DNA of 64,000 bases, from assembly GCA_019057385.1 (NCBI GenBank), contig JAHQJS010000006.1, forward strand, positions 452,938 to 516,937, given 5' to 3'. How positions within the stretch are numbered: the first letter of the stretch is position 1; every line of letters begins with the position of its first letter. The notes beneath the pieces are model-generated. The model saw only the letters and a list, made by a program, of their open reading frames with translations, searched no databases and had not been told where the DNA came from. The position numbers and the translations under genes were made by a program. Below, in pieces: positions 8,567 through 18,056 of this stretch. The DNA comes from Candidatus Borrarchaeum weybense. GTDB taxonomy: Archaea; Asgardarchaeota; Sifarchaeia; Borrarchaeales; Borrarchaeaceae.

Positions 8567-11038
8567 ATGATTATAATTATTAAACGCTTAATTCTCGGAA
8601 GTGATTATTTGAGTGAATTATTATCAGCAATAATATTTGCATTGATTTTTGGTGCATTATCTTGGATCCCTGGATTTGGAGATTTAATGTTTAGAGTTAC
8701 GGACTTAGCAGGAGTTACGGAATTAGCAGGAATCGAAATAGCGCCAGGTCACCCATTACTTATTTGGGTAGGATTTGGGTTTGCGATAGGTATAGGATGT
8801 CGTTTCCTTTTAGATGCCTATACTACTCTTATGAAATTAGGGTCTGCAGGAGTACGTGGTGCTACTGAAGGATTCTTTAGCGGAGGAGAGACGCAAAAAA
8901 GTGCTGTAACATCAATTGTGCTCTTTGGGTGCGCAATTTCCATCGTTTCACTTACAAGTTATATTACAGTCTACATAACTCCAGTTTTTGAATATCTTCA
9001 ATTAGTGGAAAATACGCTTCTTATAATCGGAGACTATTTAGCAATCACTCTTGGTGTGGTTCTCATATTTATTGGTGTTATATCTTACCGGACGGGAAGG
9101 TTCGTGAGAACTGTTGCGAGAAAACAGGTTAGTGCACCGCAATTTCTGTTTGGAGCATTCTTCTTTGGTCTGATGCAAATTGTAGATCTTAGAGTCGGAA
9201 TTTTCGCCCTGGTTATTGCATTTCTTGCAGCAGGTTTTTCTCCATCATTAGCATTGAGAATTCCGCTCTTTTTTGCAATTCCTAGTTCCTTGATGACAGC
9301 TTTTGGTTTGATTAGTCGAACTGGAGGTGTAGTTCTTACAGATTCTATAGTTATAGTATTAATTCTTGTGAGTGCACTTTCAACATTTGTAGTGCTATCG
9401 TTTGTGTTTCGATTTACTGAAAAATTGAGTTTAGGAAGTTTTAGTGGATTAATTGGAATTCTTATTTTGGTCGTAAGCAGCAGCATTCTCTTTGGATTCA
9501 GTTTAGACAAACTTGGATATTATGCTCTTTTTGGAATAGGAGCTGTTGGTGCAAGTATTTTCTCCGTTGAATTGTTCACAGAGGTTAGCAGAAGAAGCAA
9601 AGTTAAAGGTATTACTAAAGAGATTTTAGATGACACAAAAAGAGCGACAGAGCAAGCGAGAATAATCAGAGCAGTTGAAGTAAATAATCTCACGACAAGT
9701 TCTGGTGAACTTAAAGAAATAGCCGAACCGATGAATTTTGTTATAATGCAAGGGAGGATTGAACGAACAAATTCAATGGTTAAATCAGTTTCGGAGAGTG
9801 AATTACGACGAATTCAAAGTGAAATAAGTGATCCAGATCCCAAGAAACGTAAAGAAATCCAACAGAAATTGAATGACATTATGGCATCATTGCCAACATT
9901 GACACTTCAAGAGTTTTCAAAAGTTAAAGAATTGGGAACTGAACTTGAGTTAGCGCTCTCAGATGAATCTGAATGGGTGCGTTATTTTGCAGTGGATTCT
10001 TTGGCCCATCTTCTCTCAGCGTATGGAATGGTTTTGGAGAACACCCTTCCCGAATGGGTAACGGATGTCGTTGAAAAACTAAAACTTCTTCTAAATGATG
10101 TCGATCTTGATGTCCGTTATATGACTGCAAAAACAATTGGCGTTATTGGAAGCATCGACCCAGAGAAAGTGCGTTCAGTTATTCCACAATTAAGTCAACT
10201 TACTGATGATGTAAACAAGGAAGTACGCTATGTAACAATAGATTCTCTTAAGAACATCGTTTTGTTTGAAGTTATTTCTTCAGGTTTGCCACGCATAATT
10301 GACAAGTTTAATGATTCAGATAAAGATGTACGTCTGATAGCAATCCGGGCTACTTGTGAACTCTATAAGAATTTCCCAGACAAAATGGACTCAGTGATTG
10401 AACCCTTAAAGGAATTACAAAAAGATTCTGATAAAGACGTCAGGAAGGAAGCATTTGCTGCTCTCTCTGTTATTTCCGCTGAAGAAGCGAGGGCTATCCC
10501 AATAAGTGAAATAGCAGAGGATGAAATAAAGGCGGTAGCAGAGGTACCAGCAGAAAAGACAGTAAAACTACGTCCTACAATTACTACTCTGACCTCAAAT
10601 CTTAAATGGAAGCAAAAAGACTTAGGAAAAATGCTAAAAGTAATCGAAAAAGGCCCTAACATGACTTACACAGTTTCAATTGCATTTAAAAACAGTAGTG
10701 GCATAACCCTGAAAAAACTGAAGATCATTGATGAACTACCACGCTCCTTTGAAATTACTAATTTCCTGCCAAAAAAAGAGAAGCCAAAGATTAAAACTCA
10801 AGAAGATGCAAAAGAAGCAACTTGGACGCTCAAGAACTTAGATACTGATCAGATATTTACAGTGGCATATATAGCTAATGGGTCAGAATCATATTTGTCA
10901 AAACCTCCAAGAGTTGAAATTGATGGCTTTGTAGAAACAGGGACAACTACAGATGCTATGGATAAAGCGAAGAGGAAGAAATTCAGACTGCCAGTATTAC
11001 ACGCAAGACTGAGAAAACAGCAAATCGCTGAAGCATAG
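8567..11038 (+). CDS. Fusion of degenerate UppP/BacA-like membrane domain, HEAT repeats and C-terminal beta-sandwich (DUF11-like)
   Basis: AIIFALIFGALSWIPG and FGLMQIVDLRVG..AGFSPSLALRIPLFFAIP resemble BacA motifs; repeats LxDxxxxVR; VSIAFKN..IIDELP; start may be TTG 8609. Confidence 0.6.
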   Translation: MIIIIKRLILGSDYLSELLSAIIFALIFGALSWIPGFGDLMFRVTDLAGVTELAGIEIAPGHPLLIWVGFGFAIGIGCRFLLDAYTTLMKLGSAGVRGATEGFFSGGETQKSAVTSIVLFGCAISIVSLTSYITVYITPVFEYLQLVENTLLIIGDYLAITLGVVLIFIGVISYRTGRFVRTVARKQVSAPQFLFGAFFFGLMQIVDLRVGIFALVIAFLAAGFSPSLALRIPLFFAIPSSLMTAFGLISRTGGVVLTDSIVIVLILVSALSTFVVLSFVFRFTEKLSLGSFSGLIGILILVVSSSILFGFSLDKLGYYALFGIGAVGASIFSVELFTEVSRRSKVKGITKEILDDTKRATEQARIIRAVEVNNLTTSSGELKEIAEPMNFVIMQGRIERTNSMVKSVSESELRRIQSEISDPDPKKRKEIQQKLNDIMASLPTLTLQEFSKVKELGTELELALSDESEWVRYFAVDSLAHLLSAYGMVLENTLPEWVTDVVEKLKLLLNDVDLDVRYMTAKTIGVIGSIDPEKVRSVIPQLSQLTDDVNKEVRYVTIDSLKNIVLFEVISSGLPRIIDKFNDSDKDVRLIAIRATCELYKNFPDKMDSVIEPLKELQKDSDKDVRKEAFAALSVISAEEARAIPISEIAEDEIKAVAEVPAEKTVKLRPTITTLTSNLKWKQKDLGKMLKVIEKGPNMTYTVSIAFKNSSGITLKKLKIIDELPRSFEITNFLPKKEKPKIKTQEDAKEATWTLKNLDTDQIFTVAYIANGSESYLSKPPRVEIDGFVETGTTTDAMDKAKRKKFRLPVLHARLRKQQIAEA

Positions 11039-11054
11039 AATTTCCTTACAAAAG

Positions 11055-11927
11055 GTGAAGAAAATGAGATCGATTGTAAATGATGAAGCTATGATTGAGT
11101 TATTATCAAATCTATATCCTCCACTCACAGTAAAAGAGATCAAGGATGTTTTACCAGACTTTTCATCGAATAAAGACAAAGATATTAAGGATATTTTAAA
11201 TAAGCTTAGTTCTACAAGCGAAATGGCTCTTCCTTCTCTTTTTAAGAGCATTGTGCTTGAAAAAAGAGGAACATTCAAGAGTGAAATGAAGAAAAAAACA
11301 GAAAGTTATTTTCAAGATGAAGTTAGTTTAGACGCATACAAGACTGATGTTACAATTGGAAAAGGCAAGACTGTTCTAAAAATTGATATTTTAGGGAGGA
11401 AAGAGAATAACGATATTTGCTCTTTTGTCATGGAAAACTTAGATATCGAATCTTTTGAAAGTTTTAAGACAATGCTGGTCACAATTCTTTCTTATGCAAA
11501 GATTTCTCCAGTTGAAATTTATTTAGTAACTCCAAAGGAAACAGATAACAAAATTGTGGAGCATGTGAAAAAAAACAAAGCATTAAAATATGTGAAAACT
11601 TCTGGAACTGAAATTGATGCCGAGTTCAAACCAATTCTTTACGAATCAGAGATTTCTCGCACGGCAACCTTAACAATTGAAAAAGAAGATATCTTCGGAG
11701 ATACAATTCAGATTGGCAGTTTTTCAGGCAGTAGTTTTAAGGATAAAGATGAGCTAATAAAGTTACTTATAGAAAAATATAGCAAATATGGTGAAGAAAT
11801 ATTTCGTTGCAAATCGTTAGATCATTTCAATAAGAAAACCAGTAAATTCAGCTTTGATACGACAACTACATTAGCCTCGGACGTTACAGAAATCACTCAA
11901 ACCACTCGTTTTAAAGAAAATAAATAA
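11055..11927 (+). CDS. Hypothetical protein (possible degenerate PD-(D/E)XK fold)
   Basis: Long ORF directly after previous gene; KIDILGRK segment only weakly suggestive. Confidence 0.55.
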   Translation: MKKMRSIVNDEAMIELLSNLYPPLTVKEIKDVLPDFSSNKDKDIKDILNKLSSTSEMALPSLFKSIVLEKRGTFKSEMKKKTESYFQDEVSLDAYKTDVTIGKGKTVLKIDILGRKENNDICSFVMENLDIESFESFKTMLVTILSYAKISPVEIYLVTPKETDNKIVEHVKKNKALKYVKTSGTEIDAEFKPILYESEISRTATLTIEKEDIFGDTIQIGSFSGSSFKDKDELIKLLIEKYSKYGEEIFRCKSLDHFNKKTSKFSFDTTTTLASDVTEITQTTRFKENK

Positions 11928-11978
11928 AGCAGAAAAGTTTCTGAGTTGTTGTTAAACTCAAAGTATTTAAAAGAAAAA

Positions 11979-12102
11979 TGGCGGCTCCCGAGCGGATTTT
12001 CGTATTCATTTTTGAATTTTACAAATATATCGAACCGCAAGCCCTCATCGAGCTACCGGGTTTGAAGCCCGGTGCGCGAGACCACTCGTGCTTTCGGGAG
12101 CC
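11979..12102 (-). tRNA. selC: tRNA-Sec (anticodon UCA) with 32-nt BHB intron in the T-loop (intron 11997-12028)
   Basis: 9-bp acceptor GGCTCCCGA/TCGGGAGCC, G discriminator plus CCA, long D-stem, anticodon arm CCGGG-CTTCAAA-CCCGG, long variable arm, 4-bp T-stem GCGG/CCGC; BHB helix TTCG/CGAA with bulges ATA and AAT. Confidence 0.95.
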
Positions 12103-12213
12103 GACTGAACTATCTACTTAAGTATAATTCTCTATATTTGACTCTCATTATAAATGGGTCTTTTCATCTCTTAAAAAATAAGCTGTTTGTATTCTTTTTT
12201 AAGATGGTTTTCT

Positions 12214-13260
12214 TTAGTATGTGCGCTCTACAAAATACGTTGCAATATTTTCTAACATCTTTTTTGCTGATGAATCAGGAAAATTTAATAATTGTTTTCT
12301 AGCCTCTTCTTTTAACTCCTTCGCTTTTTCTTCAGCTTTTTGAGGTGCTTTAGTTGATTTTATAAGATCAATTACTTCATTTACTTCTTCATCTGTTACC
12401 TTTTCTTTTCGCAAAACATTCAAGACATATTCTCTTTGTTTACTTTCAAGTTCCTCCAAAGCATAAAGTACAGCAATATTACCCATTTTATGTTCTTTGA
12501 TGTCATGTCCGACTGGTTTCCCTAATTTTTCTGCGTCGGCAAATAAATCTAGCACATCATCTTTGGCTTGAAATGCCAATCCAGCGTTCCATCCATAAGA
12601 ACTTGCTGCTTCAATCATTTCTTTAGAACCATTGGCACATATCACGCCAACTTCACACGCTGCTTTTATCAGAACTGCTGTTTTATCTCCAACCATTTCA
12701 AAATAATCATCGAGGGTTATCGTTTTATATCTCTTTTCTAAAATATACTCTTCATCGCGACCTGCTTGTTCAAAGAGTACGTCCTTGCGTTCTCCTTCAA
12801 CCAACTGTCGTACGACGTCAGAAAAGATCTTGTTAATAGTTTCTGATGCGGGCGATTTTAAAGCAGATAAAAAAATCGCTTCTCTATAATGCATACCTGC
12901 AAGTAATGCAATTGGAAGACCAAATTTCACGAAGGTTGTGGGTCGATTCCTCCTGTAAGGCGATCTATCGATGATATCGTCCATTAACAAGGAGTAATTA
13001 TGAATTAATTCAATTCCAGCAGCTGAACTCAATGCATCCTCAGTATTGCCATTAGCTAATTCACAAAATAATAAAGTAAGCACAGGACGAAGTCTTTTTC
13101 CCCCAGAAGCAACTTGATATAATATCACTTCTTGAAAATCTTGAGTCGTATCCTCTAATAATAATTCCTCAATCTTGTTTTCAATAGGTCCGATAGTTTG
13201 CTTCAAATGTTGCTCAATCTCTTTTTTGAGTATCATTACTTCATCTGACATTGATTTCAA
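12214..13260 (-). CDS. idsA: Polyprenyl (geranylgeranyl) diphosphate synthase
   Basis: GGKRLRP, LMDDIID..RR, FQAKDDVLD, GKPVGHD. Confidence 0.9.
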   Translation of the reverse strand: MKSMSDEVMILKKEIEQHLKQTIGPIENKIEELLLEDTTQDFQEVILYQVASGGKRLRPVLTLLFCELANGNTEDALSSAAGIELIHNYSLLMDDIIDRSPYRRNRPTTFVKFGLPIALLAGMHYREAIFLSALKSPASETINKIFSDVVRQLVEGERKDVLFEQAGRDEEYILEKRYKTITLDDYFEMVGDKTAVLIKAACEVGVICANGSKEMIEAASSYGWNAGLAFQAKDDVLDLFADAEKLGKPVGHDIKEHKMGNIAVLYALEELESKQREYVLNVLRKEKVTDEEVNEVIDLIKSTKAPQKAEEKAKELKEEARKQLLNFPDSSAKKMLENIATYFVERTY

Positions 13261-13629
13261 CTGCCTTTAATCATATTACGCAATATCATTAATGATATTG
13301 AAACGATTTTATGAATGAATAATCCGCATTTTAGTATTTTAGGTTTTAAACATTTTACTTTTTTGAGTTCATTTAAAGAGAAATATGATTCTTTGAATGT
13401 TGTTCACTGGAGTATATTTCCTCAAAAACGAAACTTTTGAATGAACATAGGTCTACGTTTCACTTACGCCTTTAGCTTTACTGTTGAATTGCAGGCGGAG
13501 AATTTTACCACAATTATTTTAATAATCGAAATCGTGTCTCTCTTAATTTTCCCTCCTTTCCCATTTGGATCTTTCTCATCTTTGTGGGAATTATGATTTC
13601 AAACAATTCAAAAGCGGAAGGTGATCAAT

Positions 13630-13764
13630 GTGACATGCGATCAATATGATGCTGAAGCCGGACTTTGTAAATTGCTAAACTTTAAGTTTTATGAGGGCAT
13701 GGATAGGCCATGCGAATACGTCAAGGATCCCGCAGTCTGCCCTGTAGTTAACATGAAAGGGTAG
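13630..13764 (+). CDS. Small 44-aa four-Cys protein
   Basis: SD AGGTGA; MTCDQYDAEAGLCKLLNFKFYEGMDRPCEYVKDPAVCPVVNMKG; oligo-T terminator follows. Confidence 0.6.
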   Translation: MTCDQYDAEAGLCKLLNFKFYEGMDRPCEYVKDPAVCPVVNMKG

Positions 13765-13821
13765 TCATTTTTCTTTTTTCTATTTTTATTATCGACTAGA
13801 AATACTTTCAGTGAGCATTTT

Positions 13822-14184
13822 TTATTTAAGAGGTTCATGTCTTAATGCAGTGATTCTTGGGGGAGAATGGGCATTCAATTTCAGTAATGTTTCAGTTCCA
13901 ATAACTGTGAGCCCATGCCGCACATGAGGCGGGATTTTTATCACATAGGGGGCTTCTATATCATATATTTCTTCCTCTACAGTCAAGATTGCTTTGCCTT
14001 GTAGGATATAACTGAGTTCCTCTTCTTCGTGATCATGTATTTCGAAACTTGTACCTGGTTCAGCTTGAAGTAACGAGAGTGAAACATTTTTTCCAGAAGC
14101 TAAAAGTTTGACAAACACTCCTTCTTCTTTTTTTGATCCTTTAATTTCGTCAACTTTTAATAAAACAATTTCATCTGTTCCCAT
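13822..14184 (-). CDS. Cupin domain protein
   Basis: HDHEEEELSYILQG and IPPHVRH. Confidence 0.85.
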   Translation of the reverse strand: MGTDEIVLLKVDEIKGSKKEEGVFVKLLASGKNVSLSLLQAEPGTSFEIHDHEEEELSYILQGKAILTVEEEIYDIEAPYVIKIPPHVRHGLTVIGTETLLKLNAHSPPRITALRHEPLK

Positions 14185-14202
14185 TTATTCTTTTCTCTCC
14201 TA

Positions 14203-14811
14203 TCAAACCTTAAAAACGATCTTTTCATATCCACCTACGCGATCTCCTTTTTTGGCAGTCATAATTAGCTTATTATCGATTATCTTGAATGAAAGCAAAC
14301 TCTCAACCTCAACGATCTCAGAACCGTGAGGGAAATGATATTTAATGAGAAAATCATAAGGAGCGATCTCATCTTCCATATCGAATTCAATTATATTATT
14401 TCCTTCTTTAAGTTTACAGCGGATTAATATCATAAAATTGAGCTGGGGATATTCTGATAATCCATCTTTGAATTTAAGTTCTACTTCACTTAATTTCATG
14501 CGTTTTTCTTCATGGTTTACTAACACTTTATCCTGATCGAGATAGAACTGCATATTATCCTTTATTTTGCTCATTTCGGTATCATAGTCTTCTGAGGCAC
14601 ATAATTTCTGATAAAAATATTCTTCATCAAGGTAATTATAAACAAGTAATTCTGAAATTCCCTTTTCACTTACATAGAAGTCAGCTTCTGCGTTCAAAGG
14701 AATTTCACTTATTTCATTAAGATTGTTGGCATTTTCTAGAGGCGGCGGTTCTTCATTCATAAACTTACTTCCTTCTTTAGGATAAATCAATATGCAAAAA
14801 AATGACCTCAA
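14203..14811 (-). CDS. Conserved hypothetical archaeal protein
   Basis: Acidic globular ORF directly upstream of cupin gene; likely start ATG 14760. Confidence 0.6.
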   Translation of the reverse strand: MRSFFCILIYPKEGSKFMNEEPPPLENANNLNEISEIPLNAEADFYVSEKGISELLVYNYLDEEYFYQKLCASEDYDTEMSKIKDNMQFYLDQDKVLVNHEEKRMKLSEVELKFKDGLSEYPQLNFMILIRCKLKEGNNIIEFDMEDEIAPYDFLIKYHFPHGSEIVEVESLLSFKIIDNKLIMTAKKGDRVGGYEKIVFKV

Positions 14812-14879
14812 ATGTTCTTCGAATTAGTTCAAATAAAAAATTAGCTGTCCCACTTATGAAATGGGACTTCTCAAAGAAA

Positions 14880-16385
14880 TTATGTAAGTGATGACAAGAA
14901 TCCCTTAAAGACATCGCCAACAGATTTTAGGAAGGTATGTTTGATCTGGCTTGGATTTTCAATTTCATCTAACCGTTTAATCCTCCAACTTAGCGGTGGA
15001 TGGGGGTCTAATCTAATCCAGTCGAGGAAAGACCATGAGATCCCACCTTTACTGATCAAACGCCTGAATCCGATCTTTCTTAAGGCATTAGCAGCTACCT
15101 TTGGCTCGTTAAGATATACTGCTGCTTCCAAATCACTCTTTGCCTCAAAAAATTTTCCTACAAAAAATATTGATCCCAGAAGCACGATAAAGTAGATAAA
15201 AAAGACTCCTTGTATGATAGCTGCGATCGATGGGAAAAAGGACAACGCATAAATACGTAACATATATTCAGTTGAGAGAATGAATAAGAGAACAACAGGG
15301 TCGTGTCCTTTAAGATGACTGACTTCATGTCCGATAATCTGAAAGAGTTCGTTTTCGTCTAGTTGAACTATTGCACCTGTGGTGACAAGCATCGTTCCTC
15401 TTTTCGGGCTTAGTCCTGTTGCAGCTGCATTGGCTGCCATTTTATTGCTTACGACAATTGTAGGGATTGGTACATTAAACGTGCCACAGGCCTTACTGAC
15501 AAGATCATACAAATTTACTGTTTTGACGATGAGATTTTGTGGCGTACATGCAATTCCATATTTTGTAAAGATCGGGTGAGCGTTCTCGCATGTTATTTGT
15601 TTTCCTGTGGCTAACGTACTATCATAGATTTCTTTGCGAATTTTGGGGAGTTCTTTTCTATGTTTTTTCCTTAAAATATCCGCTTCTTGTTCTGTCAAAG
15701 TATACTGAAGTACTTTAACTTCAGGCCGGTCTTTCGTAATTCGCCAGTCAGATGTTCTGGCAATGAGCCTTCCAGAATACGCCACAACCAGCAATTGAGA
15801 TACTACGATCACAATCGGTGAGAGTAGCAAACTCAACTCCTGACCAAATACCGCATTAAATAGTGCAAATGTCCCTACGGCAACCACAATGAAGATAATA
15901 AATAAATTAACCATTGAATCTGTAAACAATTTTTCGAGTATCCCACGTCCATATTTTTGTTCAGAAATCTTTTGGCCAGGGATATATGCCAGATAAAGAG
16001 TATATTGGCGCGCATAGTCCTCGAAGAGCTGTAGTTCTAATAATATGTTCTCTTGTATGCCTTTTATTAACTCCTCAGAAATTTCTGGCGAACTACGAGA
16101 TATAATCACGTGAATTGGACGACCTCGTTCCGTAGATGCTTCTATTGTTACATCTATATGTTCGGATGATTTTGACAGATAGGCAGTAAAGACAAGATAA
16201 TATTGATTTCCGATGTTAAATCGACGTATGTTTTCTACTCTTCGAAAAGCACGAAGCACATAGTAGTTCTCCAAAAATTCGGGAAGATAACGCAGATATC
16301 CAGGCGTGGTTTCAGTAGCTACACTAAAATGAAATTCCCCTTCTGGTTGAGTGAGCGTCATAAAACTAGCCTCAGCTATAGTCAT
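14880..16385 (-). CDS. htpX: HtpX-like M48 membrane metalloprotease with N-terminal extension
   Basis: NAAATG, GHEVSH (HExxH), EAKSD, HPPLSWRI. Confidence 0.85.
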   Translation of the reverse strand: MTIAEASFMTLTQPEGEFHFSVATETTPGYLRYLPEFLENYYVLRAFRRVENIRRFNIGNQYYLVFTAYLSKSSEHIDVTIEASTERGRPIHVIISRSSPEISEELIKGIQENILLELQLFEDYARQYTLYLAYIPGQKISEQKYGRGILEKLFTDSMVNLFIIFIVVAVGTFALFNAVFGQELSLLLSPIVIVVSQLLVVAYSGRLIARTSDWRITKDRPEVKVLQYTLTEQEADILRKKHRKELPKIRKEIYDSTLATGKQITCENAHPIFTKYGIACTPQNLIVKTVNLYDLVSKACGTFNVPIPTIVVSNKMAANAAATGLSPKRGTMLVTTGAIVQLDENELFQIIGHEVSHLKGHDPVVLLFILSTEYMLRIYALSFFPSIAAIIQGVFFIYFIVLLGSIFFVGKFFEAKSDLEAAVYLNEPKVAANALRKIGFRRLISKGGISWSFLDWIRLDPHPPLSWRIKRLDEIENPSQIKHTFLKSVGDVFKGFLSSLT

Positions 16386-16574
16386 AGCTGTAGTTATTTA
16401 TAAAAGTTCCAATAGCGGCTTATGGTGTGCACTTGTGGTTTTCAATAAAATGAATCTTATGTGCCTATTTTCTTTTTAGAGACTATTTTCTCTACAGTGT
16501 TTCACTATCATGTAATAAAGTGAAGAAAACGAGTTCAATTAAAAATGAAATAAAAAAAAGAGGGCTATAAAGGG

Positions 16575-17942
16575 CTACAAATCTTTGGGCGGCATTGGTA
16601 TATAGTTTTCTTTCATTAGCAGTTGTGTCATTTCTCTTGTTTCTTTGATTATTTTAGACGCACGATCCCAGAGTTCTTGCTTGCTTAGTTTAACTCTTGC
16701 GATGCCTTGTTCCATAGCTTTCAGTGCCACAGCTACTGCTTCCCTTGGGAAAACCTCCCACTCGTCCATGTTTGGCACTATATAGCCTTCGTGTATTCCT
16801 TTGTCCTCTGCTGTTTTAGCGATCTCTAGAGCTGCGGCGATAACCATTTCATCGGTAATTGTTTTCGCCTTAACATCAAGAGTTCCTCGAAAAATTCCAG
16901 GGAAACCTAGACTATTGTTAACTTGGTTTTCGAAGTCAGATCGACCGGTACCAACTACCCTTGCCCCTGCTTCTTTGCATTCCCAGGGCCAAATTTCAGG
17001 GATTGGATTGGCACATGGAAAAACGATAGCGTCTGTAGCCATTGCTTCAATCCATTCTTTCTTAATTACGCCAGGTCCTGACTTACTCATAGCTACACAA
17101 ACGTCAGTCTCTTTCATACACGCCTGCATATCGCCTTCTCGTCCTTCAGCATTAGTATTAAGACATACCTGCCACTTATAAGGATCTTTATCTTTATTTG
17201 CTTCAAGATCTGATCGGTGCTTTCCAAGGATACCTTTGCGGTCGCAATACATCACGTTTTTAGGGTTGATTCCAGCAGCCATCATAACTCGTCCAACAGC
17301 GATGTTTGCGGCACCAGCCCCGATCATGGATACTAGAACTTCGCTCATCTTCTTACCAACAACTTTCAATGCATTTATGACTCCTGCAGTTACTATTGTT
17401 GCAGTTCCCTGTTGATCGTCATGCCAAACTGGAATTTCTATTTCTGGATCTGCTCGTAATGTATCTAAAATATAGAAGCACTTAGGCTTGGCAATATCTT
17501 CGAGGTTGATCCCGCCGAACGATGGCTGTATTAGTTTCACAACTTCTATGATTTTATCAGGATCTTTAGTATCTAGACAAAGAGGGACTGCATCAACGCC
17601 GCCTAGATACTTAAAGAGCAGGGCTTTACCTTCCATTACAGGTAATCCTGCTTTCGGACCAATATCACCAAGCCCCAAAACACGTGTTCCATCGCTTACA
17701 ACGGCGACTGTATTCCATTTATTCGTGTGTGTATACACCATTTCAGGATTTTTTTGAATGTCCTTACAAGGGGCGGCTACGCCGGGCGTGTACCAGATCG
17801 CGAAATCATTGAAATCTCTGATTACACACTTAGGAACGGTTTGTATCTTGCCTTCATAAAAAGGATGTAAAATCATAGCATCCTTAGCTGGCTTATATGC
17901 CTTTTCTAATAATTCTTCTTTAGTATATTTCTTTTCAGTCAA
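16575..17942 (-). CDS. NAD(P)-dependent malic enzyme
   Basis: YTPGVA, PVMEGKALLFK, HDDQQGTA, GAGAA, NQVNNSLGFPG. Confidence 0.95.
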   Translation of the reverse strand: MTEKKYTKEELLEKAYKPAKDAMILHPFYEGKIQTVPKCVIRDFNDFAIWYTPGVAAPCKDIQKNPEMVYTHTNKWNTVAVVSDGTRVLGLGDIGPKAGLPVMEGKALLFKYLGGVDAVPLCLDTKDPDKIIEVVKLIQPSFGGINLEDIAKPKCFYILDTLRADPEIEIPVWHDDQQGTATIVTAGVINALKVVGKKMSEVLVSMIGAGAANIAVGRVMMAAGINPKNVMYCDRKGILGKHRSDLEANKDKDPYKWQVCLNTNAEGREGDMQACMKETDVCVAMSKSGPGVIKKEWIEAMATDAIVFPCANPIPEIWPWECKEAGARVVGTGRSDFENQVNNSLGFPGIFRGTLDVKAKTITDEMVIAAALEIAKTAEDKGIHEGYIVPNMDEWEVFPREAVAVALKAMEQGIARVKLSKQELWDRASKIIKETREMTQLLMKENYIPMPPKDL

Positions 17943-18056
17943 GTTTTCACCTTCTAGAAAACTATTTGATTTCTGATATGAATAGAGGTTTTACCTATGC
18001 AAAATTTACCTTTATAAAGGTACTCTATTATTAAACCTCACATAAGCTCTAGAGTT

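Noticed and set aside
12072-12302. ORF-track 76-aa ORF
   Set aside because: Antisense overlap with tRNA-Sec and the polyprenyl synthase gene; no protein features.
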